Source of the DNA: Eledone cirrhosa
Lineage: Eukaryota
DNA: 64,000 nt
Assembly (NCBI GenBank): GCA_964016885.1
Contig: OZ024742.1
Location: 57,598,001 to 57,662,000 of the forward strand
Direction: 5' to 3'
Made by a program: the position numbers and the translations under genes. Below, piece after piece: positions 24,701 through 39,700 of this stretch (position 1 is its first letter; each line of letters starts with the position of its first letter). Under the pieces are notes generated by a model. The model was given only the letters and a program-made list of their open reading frames with translations. It had not been told where the DNA came from and searched no databases.

Positions 24701-27700
24701 GCCGTCACTAGACACAGTACTTTATATATAGTAGGTTACAGTGTATTATACCGTCACTAGACACAGTACTTTATATTTAGGAGGAGGTTACGGTGTATTA
24801 TACCGACACTAGACACAGTACTTTATATTTAGGAGGAGGTTGCAGTATATTATGCCGTCACTAGACACAGTACTTTATATATAGTAGGTTACAGAGTATT
24901 ATACCGTTACTAGACAGAGTAATTTGTATTTAGGAGGTTACTGTGTATTATACTGTCACTAGAGACAGTACTTTATATCTAGGAGGAGGTTACAGTGTAT
25001 TATGCCGTCACTAGACACAGTACGTTATATCTAGGAGTAGGTTACAGTGTATTATACCGTCACTAGACGCAGTAATTTGTATTTAGGAGGTTACAGTGTA
25101 TTATACCGTCACTAGACACAGTAATTTGGATTTAGGAGGAGGTTACAGTGTATTATACCGTCACTGGACACAGTACTTTATATCTAGGGGGAGGTTACAG
25201 TGTATTATACCGTCACTAGACACAGTACTTTATATCTAGGAGGAGGTTACAGTGTATTATACCGTCACTGGACACAGTACTTTATATCTAGGAGGAGGTT
25301 ACAGTGTATTATACCGTCACTAGACACAGTACATTATATCTAGGAGGAGGTTACAGTGTATTATACCGACACTAGACACAGTACATTATATCTAGGAGGA
25401 GGTTACAGTGTATTATACCGTCACTAGACACAGTATTTTATATCTAGGAAGAGGTTACAGTGTATTATACCGTCACTAGACACAGTACTTTATATCTAGG
25501 AGTAGGTTACAATGTATTATACCGTCACTAGACACAGTAATTTGTATTTAGGAGGTTACAGTGTATTATACCGTCACTAGACATAGTAATTTGTATTTAG
25601 GAGGTTACTGTGTATTATAAAGTCACTAGACACAGTACTTTATACCTAGGAGTAGGTTACAGTGTATTATACCGTCACTAGACACAGTAATTTGTATTTA
25701 GGAGATTACAGTGTATTATACCGTCACTAGACACAGAACTTTATATCTAGGAGGGGGTTACAGTGTATTATACCGTAGTTTATATTTAGGAGGAGGTTAC
25801 AGTATATTATACCGTCACTAAACACAGTACTTTATAGTTAGGAGGTTACAGTGTATTTTACCGACACTAGACACAGTACTTTATATCTAGGAGGAGGTTA
25901 CAGTGTATTATACCGTCACTAGACACGGTACTTTAGATTTAGGAGGTTACAGTGTATTATAATGTCACTAGACACAATACTTTATAGTTGGGAGGAGGTT
26001 ACAGTGTATTATACCTTCACTAGACACAATACTTTATAGTTAGGAGGAGGTTACAGTGTGTTATACCGTCACTAGACACAGTATATTATATCTAGGAGGA
26101 GGGTACAGAGTATTATACCGTCACTAGACAAAGTAATTTATATTTAGGAGGAGGTTACAGTGTATTATACCGTCACTAGACACAGTACTTTATATTTAGG
26201 AGGAGGTTACAGTGTATTATACCGTCAATAGACACAGTACTTTATATTTAGGAGGAGATTACAGTGTATTATACCGTCACTAGACACAGTACTTTATATT
26301 TGGGAGGAGGTTACAGTGTATTATACTTTCACTAGACACTACTTTATATCTAGGAGGAGGTTACAGTGTATTATACTGTCACTAGACACAGTATTTTATA
26401 TCTAGGAGGAGGTTACAGTGTATTACACCGTCACTAGACACAGTACTTTATATTTAGGAGGAGTTTACAGTGTATTATACCTTCACTACACACAGTACAT
26501 TATATCTAGGTGGAGGTTACAGTGTATTATACCGTCACTAGACACAGTACTTTATATCTAAGAGGAGGTTACAGTGTATTATACTGTCACTAGACACAGT
26601 ATTTTATATCTAGGAGGAGGTTACAGTGTATTATACCATCACTAGACACAGTACTTTATATCTAGGAGGAGGTTACAGTGTATTATACCATCACTAGACA
26701 CAGTACTTTATATTTAGGAGGAGGTTACAGTGTACTATACCGTCACTAGACGCAGTACTTTATATTTAGGAGGAGGTTACAGTGTATTATACCGTCACTA
26801 GACACAGTACTTTATATCTAGGAGGAGGTTACAGTGTATTATACCATCACTAGATACAGTACTTTATATCTAGGAGTAGGTTACAGTGTATTATACCGTC
26901 ACTAGACACAGTAGTTTATATTTAGGAGGAGGTTGCAGTATATTATACCGTCACTAGACAAAGTAATTTATATTTAGGAGGAGGTTACAGTGTATTATAC
27001 CGTCACTAGACACAGCACTTTATATTTAGGAGGAGGTTACAGTGTATTATACCGTCACTAGACACAGTACTTTATATTTAGGAGGAGGTTACAGTGTATT
27101 ATACCGTCACTAGACACAGTACTATATATATAGGAGGTGGTTACAGTGTATTATACCGTCACTAGACACAGTACATTATATCTTGGAGGAGGTTACAGTG
27201 TATTAAACCGTCACTAGACACAGTACTTTATATCTAGGAGGAGGCTACAGTGTATTATACCGTCACTAGACACAGTACTTTATATTTAGGAGGAGGCTAC
27301 AGTGTATTATACCGTCACTAGACACAGTACTTTATATTTAGGAGGAGGTTACAGTGTATTATACCGTCACTAGACACGGTAATTTGTATTTAGGAGGTTA
27401 CTGTGTGTTATACCGTCACTAGATACAGTACTTTATATCTAGGAGGAGGTTACATTGTATTATACCGTCACTAGACACAGTACTTTATATCTAGGAGTAG
27501 GTTACAGTGTATTATACCGTCACTAGACACAGTAATTTGTATTTAGGAGGTTACTGTGTATTATACCGTCACTAGACACAGTAGTTTATATTTAAGAGGA
27601 GGTTGCAGTATATTATACCGTCACTAGACACAGTACTTTATATTTAGTAGGTTACACTGTATTATACCGTCACTAGACACAGTACATTATATCTAGGAGG

Positions 27701-30700
27701 TGGTTACAGTGTATTATACCGACACTAGACAAAGTACTTTATATTTAGTAGGAGGTTACAGTGTATTATACCGACACTAGACACAGCACTTTATATTTAG
27801 GAGGAGGGTACAGTGTATTATACCGTCACTAGATACAGTACTTTATATTTAGTAGGTTACAGTGTATTATACCGTCACTAGATACAGTAATTTATATTTA
27901 GGAGGTTACAGTGTATTATACAGTCACTAGACACAGTAGTTTATATCTAGGAGGAGGATACAGTGTATTATACCGTCACTAGAGACAGTACGTTGTATTT
28001 AGTAGGTTACAGTGTATTATACCGTCACTAGACACAGTAATTTATATTTAGGAGGTTACAGTGTATTATACCGTCACTAGACACAGTAGTTTATATCTAG
28101 GAGGAGGTTACAGTGTATTATACCGTCACTAGAGACAGTTCTTTGTATTTAGGAGGTTACAGTGTATTATACGGTCACTTGACACAATACTTTATAGTTA
28201 GGAGGAGGTTACAGTGTACTATAGCATCACTAGACACAGTATTTTATATCTAGCAGGAGGTTACAGTGTACTGTACTGTCACTAGACACAGTATTTTATA
28301 TCTAGGAGGAGGTTACAGTGTATTATACCGTCACTAGACACAGTACTTTATATTTAGGAGGAGTTTATAGTGTAATATATCTTCACTAGACACAGTACAT
28401 TATATCTAGAAGGAGGTTACAGTGTATTATACCGTCACTAGACACAGTACATTATATATAGGAGGAGGTTACAGTGTATTATACCGTCACTAGACACAGT
28501 ACTTTATATTTAGGAGGAGGTTACAGTGTATTATACCGTCACTAGACATAATACTTTATAGTTAGGAGGAGGTTACAGTGTATTATACCTTCACTAGACA
28601 CAATACTTTATAGTTAGGATGAGTTGATAGTGTATTATACAGTCACTAGACACAATACTTTATATCTAGGAGGAGGTTACAGTGTATTATACCATCACTA
28701 GACACAGTACTTTAGATTTAGGAGGTTACAGTGTATTATACCTTCACTAGACACAATACTTTATAGTTAGGAGGAAGTTAGAGTGTATTATACCTTCAGT
28801 AACACAATACTTTATAGTTAGGAGGAGGTTACAGTGTATTATACCTTCACTAGACACAATACTTTATAGTTAGGAGGAGGTTACAGTGTATTATACCGTC
28901 ACTAGACAACAATACTTTATAGTTAGGAGGAGATACAGTATATTATACCGTCACTAGACACAGTACTTTAGATTTAGGAGGTTACAGTGTATTATACCGT
29001 CACTAGACACAGTACTTTAGATTTAGGAGGTTACAGTGTATTATACCGTCACTAGACACAGTAGTTTATAGTTAGGAGGTGGTTACAGTATATTATACCG
29101 TCACTAGTCACGGTACTTTATAGTGAGGAGGAGGTTACAGTGTATTATACTGTCACTACACAGTACTTTATATCTAGGAGGAGGTACAGTGTATTATACC
29201 GTCACTAGACACAGTACTTTATATCTAGGAGGGGGTTACAGTATATTATACCGTCACTAGACACAGTACATTATATCTTGGAGGAGGTTACAGTGTATTA
29301 TACCGTCACTAGACACAGTACTTTATATCTAGGAGGAGGCTACAGTGTATTATACCGTCACTAGACACAGTACTTTATATTTAGGAGGAGGTTACAGTGT
29401 ATTATACAGTCACTAGACACAGTACTTTATATTTAGGAGGAGGTTACAGTGTATTATACCGTCACTAGACACGGTAATTTGTATTTAGGAGGTTACTGTG
29501 TGTTATACCGTCACTAGATACAGTACTTTATATCTAGGAGGAGGTTACATTGTATTATACCGTCACTAGACACAGTACTTTATATCTAGGAGTAGGTTAC
29601 AGTGTATTATACCGTCACTAGACACAGTAATTTGTATTTAGGAGGTTACTGTGTATTATACCGTCACTAGACACAGTAGTTTATATTTAAGAGGAGGTTG
29701 CAGTATATTATACCGTCACTAGACACAGTACTTTATATTTAGTAGGTTACAGTGTATTATACCGTCACTAGACACAGTACATTATATCTAGGAGGAGGTT
29801 ACAGTGTATTATACCGACACTAGACAAAGTACTTTATATTTAGTAGGAGGTTACAGTGTATTATACCGACACTAGACACAGCACTTTATATTTAGGAGGA
29901 GGGTACAGTGTATTATACCGTCACTAGACACAGTACTTTATATTTGGGAGGAGGTTACAGTGTATTATACCGTCACTAGACACAGTAATTTATATTTAGG
30001 AGGTTACAGTGTATTATACAGTCACTAGACACAGTAGTTTATATCTAGGAGGAGGATACAGTGTATTATACCGTCACTAGAGACAGTACGTTGTATTTAG
30101 TAGGTTACAGTGTATTATACCGTCACTAGACACAGTAATTTATATTTAGGAGGTTACAGTGTATTATACCGTCACTAGACACAGTAGTTTATATCTAGGA
30201 GGAGGTTACAGTGTATTATACCGTCACTAGAGACAGTTCTTTGTATTTAGGAGGTTACAGTGTATTATACGGTCACTAGACACAATACTTTATAGTTAGG
30301 AGGAGGTTACAGTGTATTATAGCATCACTAGACACAGTATTTTATATCTAGCAGGAGGTTACAGTGTACTGTACTGTCACTAGACACAGTATTTTATATC
30401 TAGGAGGAGGTTACAGTGTATTATACCGTCACTAGACACAGTACTTTATATTTAGGAGGAGTTTATAGTGTAATATATCTTCACTAGACACAGTACATTA
30501 TATCTAGAAGGAGGTTACAGTGTATTATACCGTCACTAGACACAGTACATTATATATAGGAGGAGGTTACAGTGTATTATACCGTCACTAGACACAGTAC
30601 TTTATATTTAGGAGGAGGTTACAGTGTATTATACCGTCACTAGACATAATACTTTATAGTTAGGAGGAGGTTACAGTGTATTATACCTTCACTAGACACA

Positions 30701-33700
30701 ATACTTTATAGTTAGGATGAGTTGATAGTGTATTATACAGTCACTAGACACAATACTTTATATCTAGGAGGAGGTTACAGTGTATTATACCATCACTAGA
30801 CACAGTACTTTAGATTTAGGAGGTTACAGTGTATTATACCTTCACTAGACACAATACTTTATAGTTAGGAGGAGGTTAGAGTGTATTATACCTTCAGTAA
30901 CACAATACTTTATAGTTAGGAGGAGGTTACAGTGTATTATACCTTCACTAGACACAATACTTTATAGTTAGGAGGAGGTTACAGTGTATTATACCGTCAC
31001 TAGACAACAATACTTTATAGTTAGGAGGAGATACAGTATATTATACCGTCACTAGACACAGTACTTTAGATTTAGGAGGTTACAGTGTATTATACCGTCA
31101 CTAGACACAGTACTTTAGATTTAGGAGGTTACAGTGTATTATACCGTCACTAGACACAGTAGTTTATAGTTAGGAGGTGGTTACAGTATATTATACCGTC
31201 ACTAGTCACGGTACTTTATAGTGAGGAGGAGGTTACAGTGTATTATACTGTCACTACACAGTACTTTATATCTAGGAGGAGGTACAGTGTATTATACCGT
31301 CACTAGACACAGTACTTTATATCTAGGAGGGGGTTACAGTATATTATACCGTCACTAGTCACGGTACTTTTTATCAAGGAGGAGGTTACAGTATATTATA
31401 CCGTCACTAGACATAATACTTTATAGTTAGGAGGGGGTAGAGTGTATTATACTGTCACTAGACACAGTAATTTATATTTAGGAGGTTACAGTGTATTATA
31501 CCGTCACTAGACACAGTACTTTATATTTATGAGGTTACAGTGTATTATACCGTCACTAGACACAGTAATTTGTATTTAGGAGGTTACTGTGTGTTATACC
31601 GTCACTAGATACAGTACTTTATATCTAGGAGGATGTTACAGTGTATTATACCGTCACTAGACACAATACTTTATAGTTAGGAGGAGGTTACAGTGTATTA
31701 TAGCATCACTAGACACAGTATTTTATATCTAGCAGGATGTTACATTGTACTGTACTGTCACTAGACACAGTATTTTATATCTAGGAGGAGGTTACAGGGT
31801 ATTATACCGTCACTAGACACAGTACTTTATATTTAGGAGGAGTTTATAGTGTATTATATCTTCACTAGACACAGTACATTATATCTAGAAGGAGGTTACA
31901 GTGTATTATACCGTCACTAGACACAGTACATTATATATAGGAGGAGGTTACAGTGTATTATACCGTCACTAGACACAGTACTTTATATTTAGGAGGAGGT
32001 TACAGTGTATTATACCGTCACTAGACATAATACTTTATAGTTAGGAGGAGGTTACAGTGTATCATACCTTCACTAATACAATACATTATAGTTAGGAGGA
32101 GGTTACAGTGTATTATACCTTCACTAGACACAATACTTTATAGTTAGGAGGAGGTTACAGTGTATTATACCTTCACTAGACACAATACTTTATAGTTAGG
32201 AGGAGGTTACAGTGTATTATACCGTCACTAGACAACAATACTTTATAGTTAGGAGGAGATACAGTATATTATACCGTCACTAGACACAGTACTTTAGATT
32301 TAGGAGGTTACAGTGTATTATACCGTCACCAGACACAGTACTTTAGATTTAGGAGGTTACAGTGTATTATACCGTCACTAGACACAGTAGTTTATAGTTA
32401 GGAGGTGGTTACAGTATATTATACCGTCACTAGTCACGGTACTTTATAGTGAGGAGGAGATTACAGTGTATTATACTGTCACTACACAGTACTTTATATC
32501 TAGGAGGAGGTACAGTGTATTATACCGTCACTAGACACAGTACTTTATATCTAGGAGGGGGTTACAGTATATTATACCGTCACTAGTCACGGTACTTTTT
32601 ATCAAGGAGGAGGTTACAGTATATTATACCGTCACTACACACAGTACTTTATAGTTAGGAGGGGGTACAGTGTATTATACTGTCACTAGACACAGTACTT
32701 TATATTTAGGAGGTTACAGTGTATTATACCGTCACTAGACACAGTAATTTGTATTTAGGAGGTTACTGTGTGTTATACCGTCACTAGATACAGTACTTTA
32801 TATCTAGGAGGATGTTACAGTGTATTAAACCGTCACTAGACACAGTACTTTATATCTAGGAGTAGGTTACAGTGTATTATAGCGTCACTAGACACAGTAG
32901 TTTATATTTAAGAGGAGGTTGCAGTATATTATACCGTCACTAGACGCAGTACTTTATATTTAGTAGGTTACAGTGTATTATAACGTCACTAGACACAGTA
33001 CATTATATTTAGGAGGAGGTTACAGTGTATTATACCGACACTAGACACAGTACTTTATATTTAGTAGGATGTTACAGTGTATTATACCGACGCTAGACAC
33101 AGCACTTTTTATTTAGGAGGAGGGCACTGTGTATTATACAATTACTAGGCACAGTACTTTATATTTAGTAGGTTACAGTGTATTATACCGTCACTAGACA
33201 CAGTAATATATATTTAGGAGGTTACAGTGTAATATACCGTCACTAGACACAGTAGTTTATATCTAGGAGGAGGTTACAGTGTATTATACCGTCACTAGAG
33301 ACAGTACTTTGTATTTAGTAGGTTACAGTGTATTATACCGTCACTAGGCACAGTAATTTATATTTAGGAGGTTACAGTGTATTATACCGTCACTAGAGAC
33401 AGTACTTTGTATTTAGGAGGTTACAGTGTATTATACAGTCACTAGACACAATACTTTATAGTTAGGAGGAGGTTACAGTGTATTATACCATCACTAGACA
33501 CAGTATTTTATATCTAGCAGGAAGTTACAGTGTATTGTATCGTCACTAGACACAGTACTTTATATTTAGGAGGAGGTTATAGTGTATTATAACTTCACTA
33601 GACACAGTACATTATATCTAGGAGGAGGTTACAGTGTATTATACCGTCACTAGACACAGTACTTTATATTTAGGAGGAGGTTACAGTGTAGTATACCTTC

Positions 33701-36700
33701 ACTAACACAATACTTTATAGTTAGGAGGAGGTTACAATGTATTAAACCTTCACTAGACACAATACTTTAGGGTTAGGAGGAGGTGATAGTGTATTATACA
33801 GTCACTAGACACAATACTTTATATCTAGGAGGAGGTTACAGTGTATTATACCATCACTAGACACAGTACTTTAGCTTTAGGAGGTTACAGTGTATCAAAC
33901 CTTCACTAGACACAATACTTTATAGTTAGGAGGAGGTTAGATTGTATTATACCTTCAGTAACACAATACTTTATAGTTAGGAGGAAGTTACAGTGTATTA
34001 TACCGTCACTAGACACAGTACTTTAGATTTAGGAGGTTACAGTGTATTATACCGTCATTAGTCACGGTACTTTATAGTTAGGAGGAGGTTACAGTGTATT
34101 ATACTATCACTAGACAGTACTTTATATCTAGGAGGAGGTACAGTGTATTATACCGTCACTAGTCACGGTACTTTTTATCAAGAGGAGGTTACAGTATATT
34201 ATACCGTCACTAGACACAGTACTTTATAGTTAGGAGGGGGCACAGTGTATTATACTGTCACTAGACACAGTACTTTATATTTAGGAGGTTACAGTGTATT
34301 ATACCGTCACTAGACACAGTACTTTAGATTTAGGAGGTTACAGTGTATAGTACCGTCACTAGACACAGTACTATATGTCTCGGAGGAGGTTACAGTATAT
34401 TATACCGTTAGTAGTCACGGTACTTTATAGTTAGGAGGAGGTTACAGTGTATTATATTGTCACTAGACACAGTACTTTATATTTAAGAGGAGGTTACAGT
34501 GTATTATACCGTTAGTAGTCACGGTACTTTATAGTCAGGAGGAGGTTACAGGGTATTATACCGTCCTAGCCACGGTACTTTAGATTTAGGAGTTTACAGT
34601 GTATTATACCGTCACTAGACACAGTACTTTATATTTAGGAGGGGGTTACAGTGTATTATACTGTCACTAGACACAGTACTTTATATTTAGGAGGAGGTTA
34701 CAGTGTATTATAGGGTCACTAGACACAGTACATTATATCTAGGAGATTACAGTGTATTATTCCGTCACTAGACACAGTACTTTATACTTAGGAGGAGGTT
34801 AGAGTGTATTATACCGTCACTAGACGCAGTACTTTATATCTAGGAGGATGTTACAGTGTATTATACCGTCACTAGACACAGTACTTTATATTTAGGAGAA
34901 GGTTACAGTGTATTATACCGTCACTAGACACAGTACTTTATATTTAGTAGGTTACAGTGTATTATACCGTTACTAGACATAGTAATTTGTATTTAGGAGG
35001 TTACTGTGTGTTATACCGTCACCAGATACAGTACTTTATATCTAGGAGGAGGTTACAGTGTATTATACCGTCACTAGACACAGTACTTTATATTTAGGAA
35101 GAGGTTACAGTATATTATACTGTTACTAGACACAGAACTTTATATTTAGGATGAGGTTATAGTGTATTATACCGTCACTAGACATAATACTTTATAGTTA
35201 GGAGGAGGTTACAGTTTATTATACCTTCACTAACACGATACTTTATAGTTAGGAGGAGGTTACAGTGTATTATACCTTCACTAGACACAATACTTTATAG
35301 TTAGTAGGGGGTGATAGTGTATTATACAGTCACTAGACACGATACTTTATATCTAGGAGGAGGTTACAGTGTATTATACCATCACTAGACACAGTACTTT
35401 AGATTTAGGAGGTTACAGTGTATTATACCTTCACTAGACACAATACTTTATAGTTAGGAGGAGGTTAGAGTGTATTATACCTTCAGTAACACAATACTTT
35501 ATAGTTAGGAGGAGGTTACAGTGTATTATACCGTCACTAGACAACAATACTTTATATTTAGGAGGAGGTTACATTATATTATACCGTCATAAGACACAGT
35601 ACTTTAGATTTAGGAGGTTACAGTGTATTATACCGTCACTAGTCACGGTAATTTATAGTTAGGAGGAGGTTACAGTGTATTATACTGTCACTAGACAGTG
35701 CTTTATATCTAGGAGGAGGTACAGTGTATTATACCGTCACTAGACACAGTACTTTATATCTAGGAGGGGGTTACAGTATATTATACCGTCACTAGTCACG
35801 GTACTTTTCATCAAGGAGGAGGTTACAGTCTATTATACCGTCACTAGAAAGTGCTTTATATCTAGGAGGAGGTACAGTGTATTATACCGTCACTAGACAC
35901 AGTACTTTATAGTTAGGAGGGGGTACAGTGTATTATACTGTCACTAGACACAGTACTTTATATTTAGGAGGTTACAGTGTATTATTCCGTCACTAGACAC
36001 AGTACTTTAGATTTAGGACGTTACAGTGTATTGTACCGTCACTAGACACAGTACTATATGTCTAGGAGGAGGTTACAGTATATTATACCGTTAGTAGTCA
36101 CGGTACTTTATAGTTAGGAGGAGGTTACAGTGTATTATACTGTCACTAGACACAGTACTTTATATTTAAGAGGAGGTTACAGTGTATTATATTGTCACTA
36201 GATACAGTACTTTATATTTAGGAGGAGGTTACAGTATATTATACCGTCAGTAGTCACGGTACTTTATAGTTAGGAGGAGGTTTCAGTGTATTATACCGTC
36301 ACAAGACACAGTACTTTATATTTAGGAGTGGGTTACACTGTATTATACCGTCACTAGACACAGTACATTATATCTAGGAGTTTACAGTGTATTATACCGT
36401 CACTAGACACAGTACTTTATACTTAGGAGGAGGTTAGACTGTATTATACCGACACTAGACGCAGTACTTTATATCTAGGAGGATGTTACAGTGTATTATA
36501 TCGTCACTAGACACAGTACTTTATATTTAGGAGAAGGTTACAGTGTATTATACCGTCACTACACACAGCACTTTATATTTAGGAGGAGGTTACAGTGTAT
36601 TATAACGTCACTCGACATGGTACTTTATATTTATTAGGTTACAGTGTATTATACCGTCACTAGACAGAGTAATTTGTATTTAGGAGGTTACTGTGTGTTA

Positions 36701-39700
36701 TACCGTCACCAGATACAGTACTTTATATCTAGGAGAAGGTTACAGTGTATTATACCGTCACTAGACACAGTACTTTATATTTAGGAAGAGGTTACTGTAT
36801 ATTATACTGTTACTAGACACAGTACTTTATATCTAGGAGGAGGTTACAGTGTACTAAACCGTCACTAGACACAGTACTTTATATCTAGGAGGAGGTTACA
36901 GTGTAATATACCGTCACTAGACACAATACTTTATATTTAGCAGGTTACAGTGTATTATACCGTCACAAGACACAGTACTTTAGATTTAGGAGGTTACAGT
37001 GTATTGTACCGTCACTAGACACAGTACTATATGTCTACGAGGAGGTTACAGTATATTATACCGTTAGTAGACGCAGTATTTTATATTTAGGAGGAGGTTA
37101 CAGTATATTATACCGTCAGTAGTCACGGTACTTTATAGTTAGGAGGAGGTTACAGTGTATTATACCGTCACTAGACACAGTACTTTATATTTAGGAGGGG
37201 GTTACAGTGTATTATACTGTCACTAGACACAGTACTTTATATTAAGGAGGAGGTTACAGTGTATTATACTGTCACTAGACACCGTACTTTATATTTAGGA
37301 GGAGGTTACAGTGTATTATACTGTCACTAGACACAGTACTTTATATTTAGGAGGAGGTTACAGTATATTATACCGTCAGTAGTCACGCTACTTTATAGTT
37401 AGGAGGAGGTTAGAGTGAATTATACCGTCACTAGACACAGTACTTTATATTTAGGAGGGGGTTACAGTGTATTATACTGTCACTAGACACAGTACTTTAT
37501 ATTTAGGAGGAGGTTACAGTGTATTATACCGTCACTAGACACAGTACATTATATCTAGGAGGTTACAGTATATTATACCGTCACTAGACACAATATATTG
37601 TATCTAGGAGGAGGGTACAGTGTATTATACCGTAACTAGACACAGTAGATTATATCTAGGAGGAGGGTACAGTGTATTATACCGTCACTAGACACAGTAA
37701 ATTGTATTTAGGAGGTTACTGTGTATTATACCGTCACCAGATACAGTACTTTATATCTAGGAGGCGGTTACAGTGTATTATACTATCACTAGACACAGTA
37801 CTTTATATTTAGGAGGATGTTACAGTGTATTATACCGTCACTAGACACAGTACTTTATGATTAGGAGGAGCTTACAGTGTATTATACTGTCACTAGACAC
37901 AGTACTTTATATTTAGGAGGACGTTACAGTGTATTATACCGTCACTAGACACAGTACTTTATATTTAGTAGGTTACAGTATATTATACCGTCACTAGACA
38001 CAGTAATTTGTATTTAGGGGGTTACTGTGTGTTATACCGTCACCAGATACAGTACTTTATATCTAGGAGGAGGTTAGAGTGTATTATACCGTCACTAGAC
38101 ACAGTACTTTATATTTAGGAAGAGGTTACAGTATATTGTACTGTTACTAGACACAGAACTTTATATTTAGGAGGATGTTACGGTGTATTATATTGTCACC
38201 AGACACAGTACTTTATATTTAGGAGGAGGTTACAGTGTATTATACCGTCACTAGACACAGTACTTTATATTTAGGAGGAGGTTACAGTGTATTATACCTT
38301 CACTAGACACTACTTTATATCTAGGAGGAGGTTACAGTGTATTATACCGTCACTAGACACAGTACTTTATATCTAGGTGTAGGTCACAGTGAATTATATC
38401 GACACTAGACACAGTACTTTATATCTAGGAGGAGGTAACAGTGTATTATACTGTCACTAGACACAGTACTTTATATCTAGAAGAAGGTTACAGTGTATTA
38501 TACCGTCACTAGACACAATAGTTTATATTTAGGAGGAGGTTGCAGTATATTATACCGTCACTAGAGAAAGGAATTTATGTTTATGAGGTTACAGTATATT
38601 ATGCCGTCACTAGACACAGTACTTTATATCTAGGAGGAGGTTACAGTGTATTTTACCGACACTAGACACAGTACTTTATATCTAGGAGGCGGTTACAGTG
38701 TATTATACCGTCACTAGACACAGTACTTTATATTGAGGAAGAGGTTACAGTATATTATACTGTTAATAGACACAGAACTTTATATCTAGGAGGGGGTTAC
38801 TGTGTATTATACCGTCATTAGACACGGTACTTTAGACTTAGGAGGTTACAGTGTATTCTACAGTCACTAAACACAATACTCTATAGTTGGGAGGGGGTTA
38901 CAGTGTATTATACCTTCACAAGACACAATACTTTATATTTGATAGGAGGTTACAGTGTATTATACCTTCACTAGACCCAATATTTATAGTTAGGAGGAGG
39001 TTACAGTGTATTATACCGTCACTAGACACAATATATTGTATCTAGGAGGAGGGTACAGTGTATTATACCGTAACTAGACACAGTAGATTATATCTAGGGG
39101 GAGGGTACAGTGTATTATACCGTCACTAGACACAGTAAATTGTATTTAGGAGGTTACTGTGTATTATACCGTCACCAGATACAGTACTTTATATCTAGGA
39201 GGCGGTTACAGTGTATTATACCGTCACTAGACACAATACTTTATATTTAGGAAGAGGTTACTGTATATTATACTGTTACTAGACACAGAACTTTATATTT
39301 AGGAGGAGGTTACAGTGTATTATATTGTCACTAGACACAGTACTTTATATTTAGGAGGTTACAGTGTATTATACCGTCAGTAGTCACGGTATTTTATAGT
39401 TAGGAGGAGGTTACAGTGTAATATACCGTCACTAGACACAGTAGTTTATAGTTAGGAGGTGGTTACAGTATATTATACCGTCACTAGTCACGGTACTTTA
39501 TAGATAGGAGGAGTTTACAGTGTATTATACAATCAATAGACAGTACTTTATATCTAGGAGGAGGTACAGTGTATTATACCGTCACTAGACACAGTACTTT
39601 ATATCTAGGAGGGGGTTACAGTATATTATACCGTCACTAGTCACGGTACTTTTTATCAAGGAGGAGGCTACAGTATATTATACCGTCACTAGACACAGTA

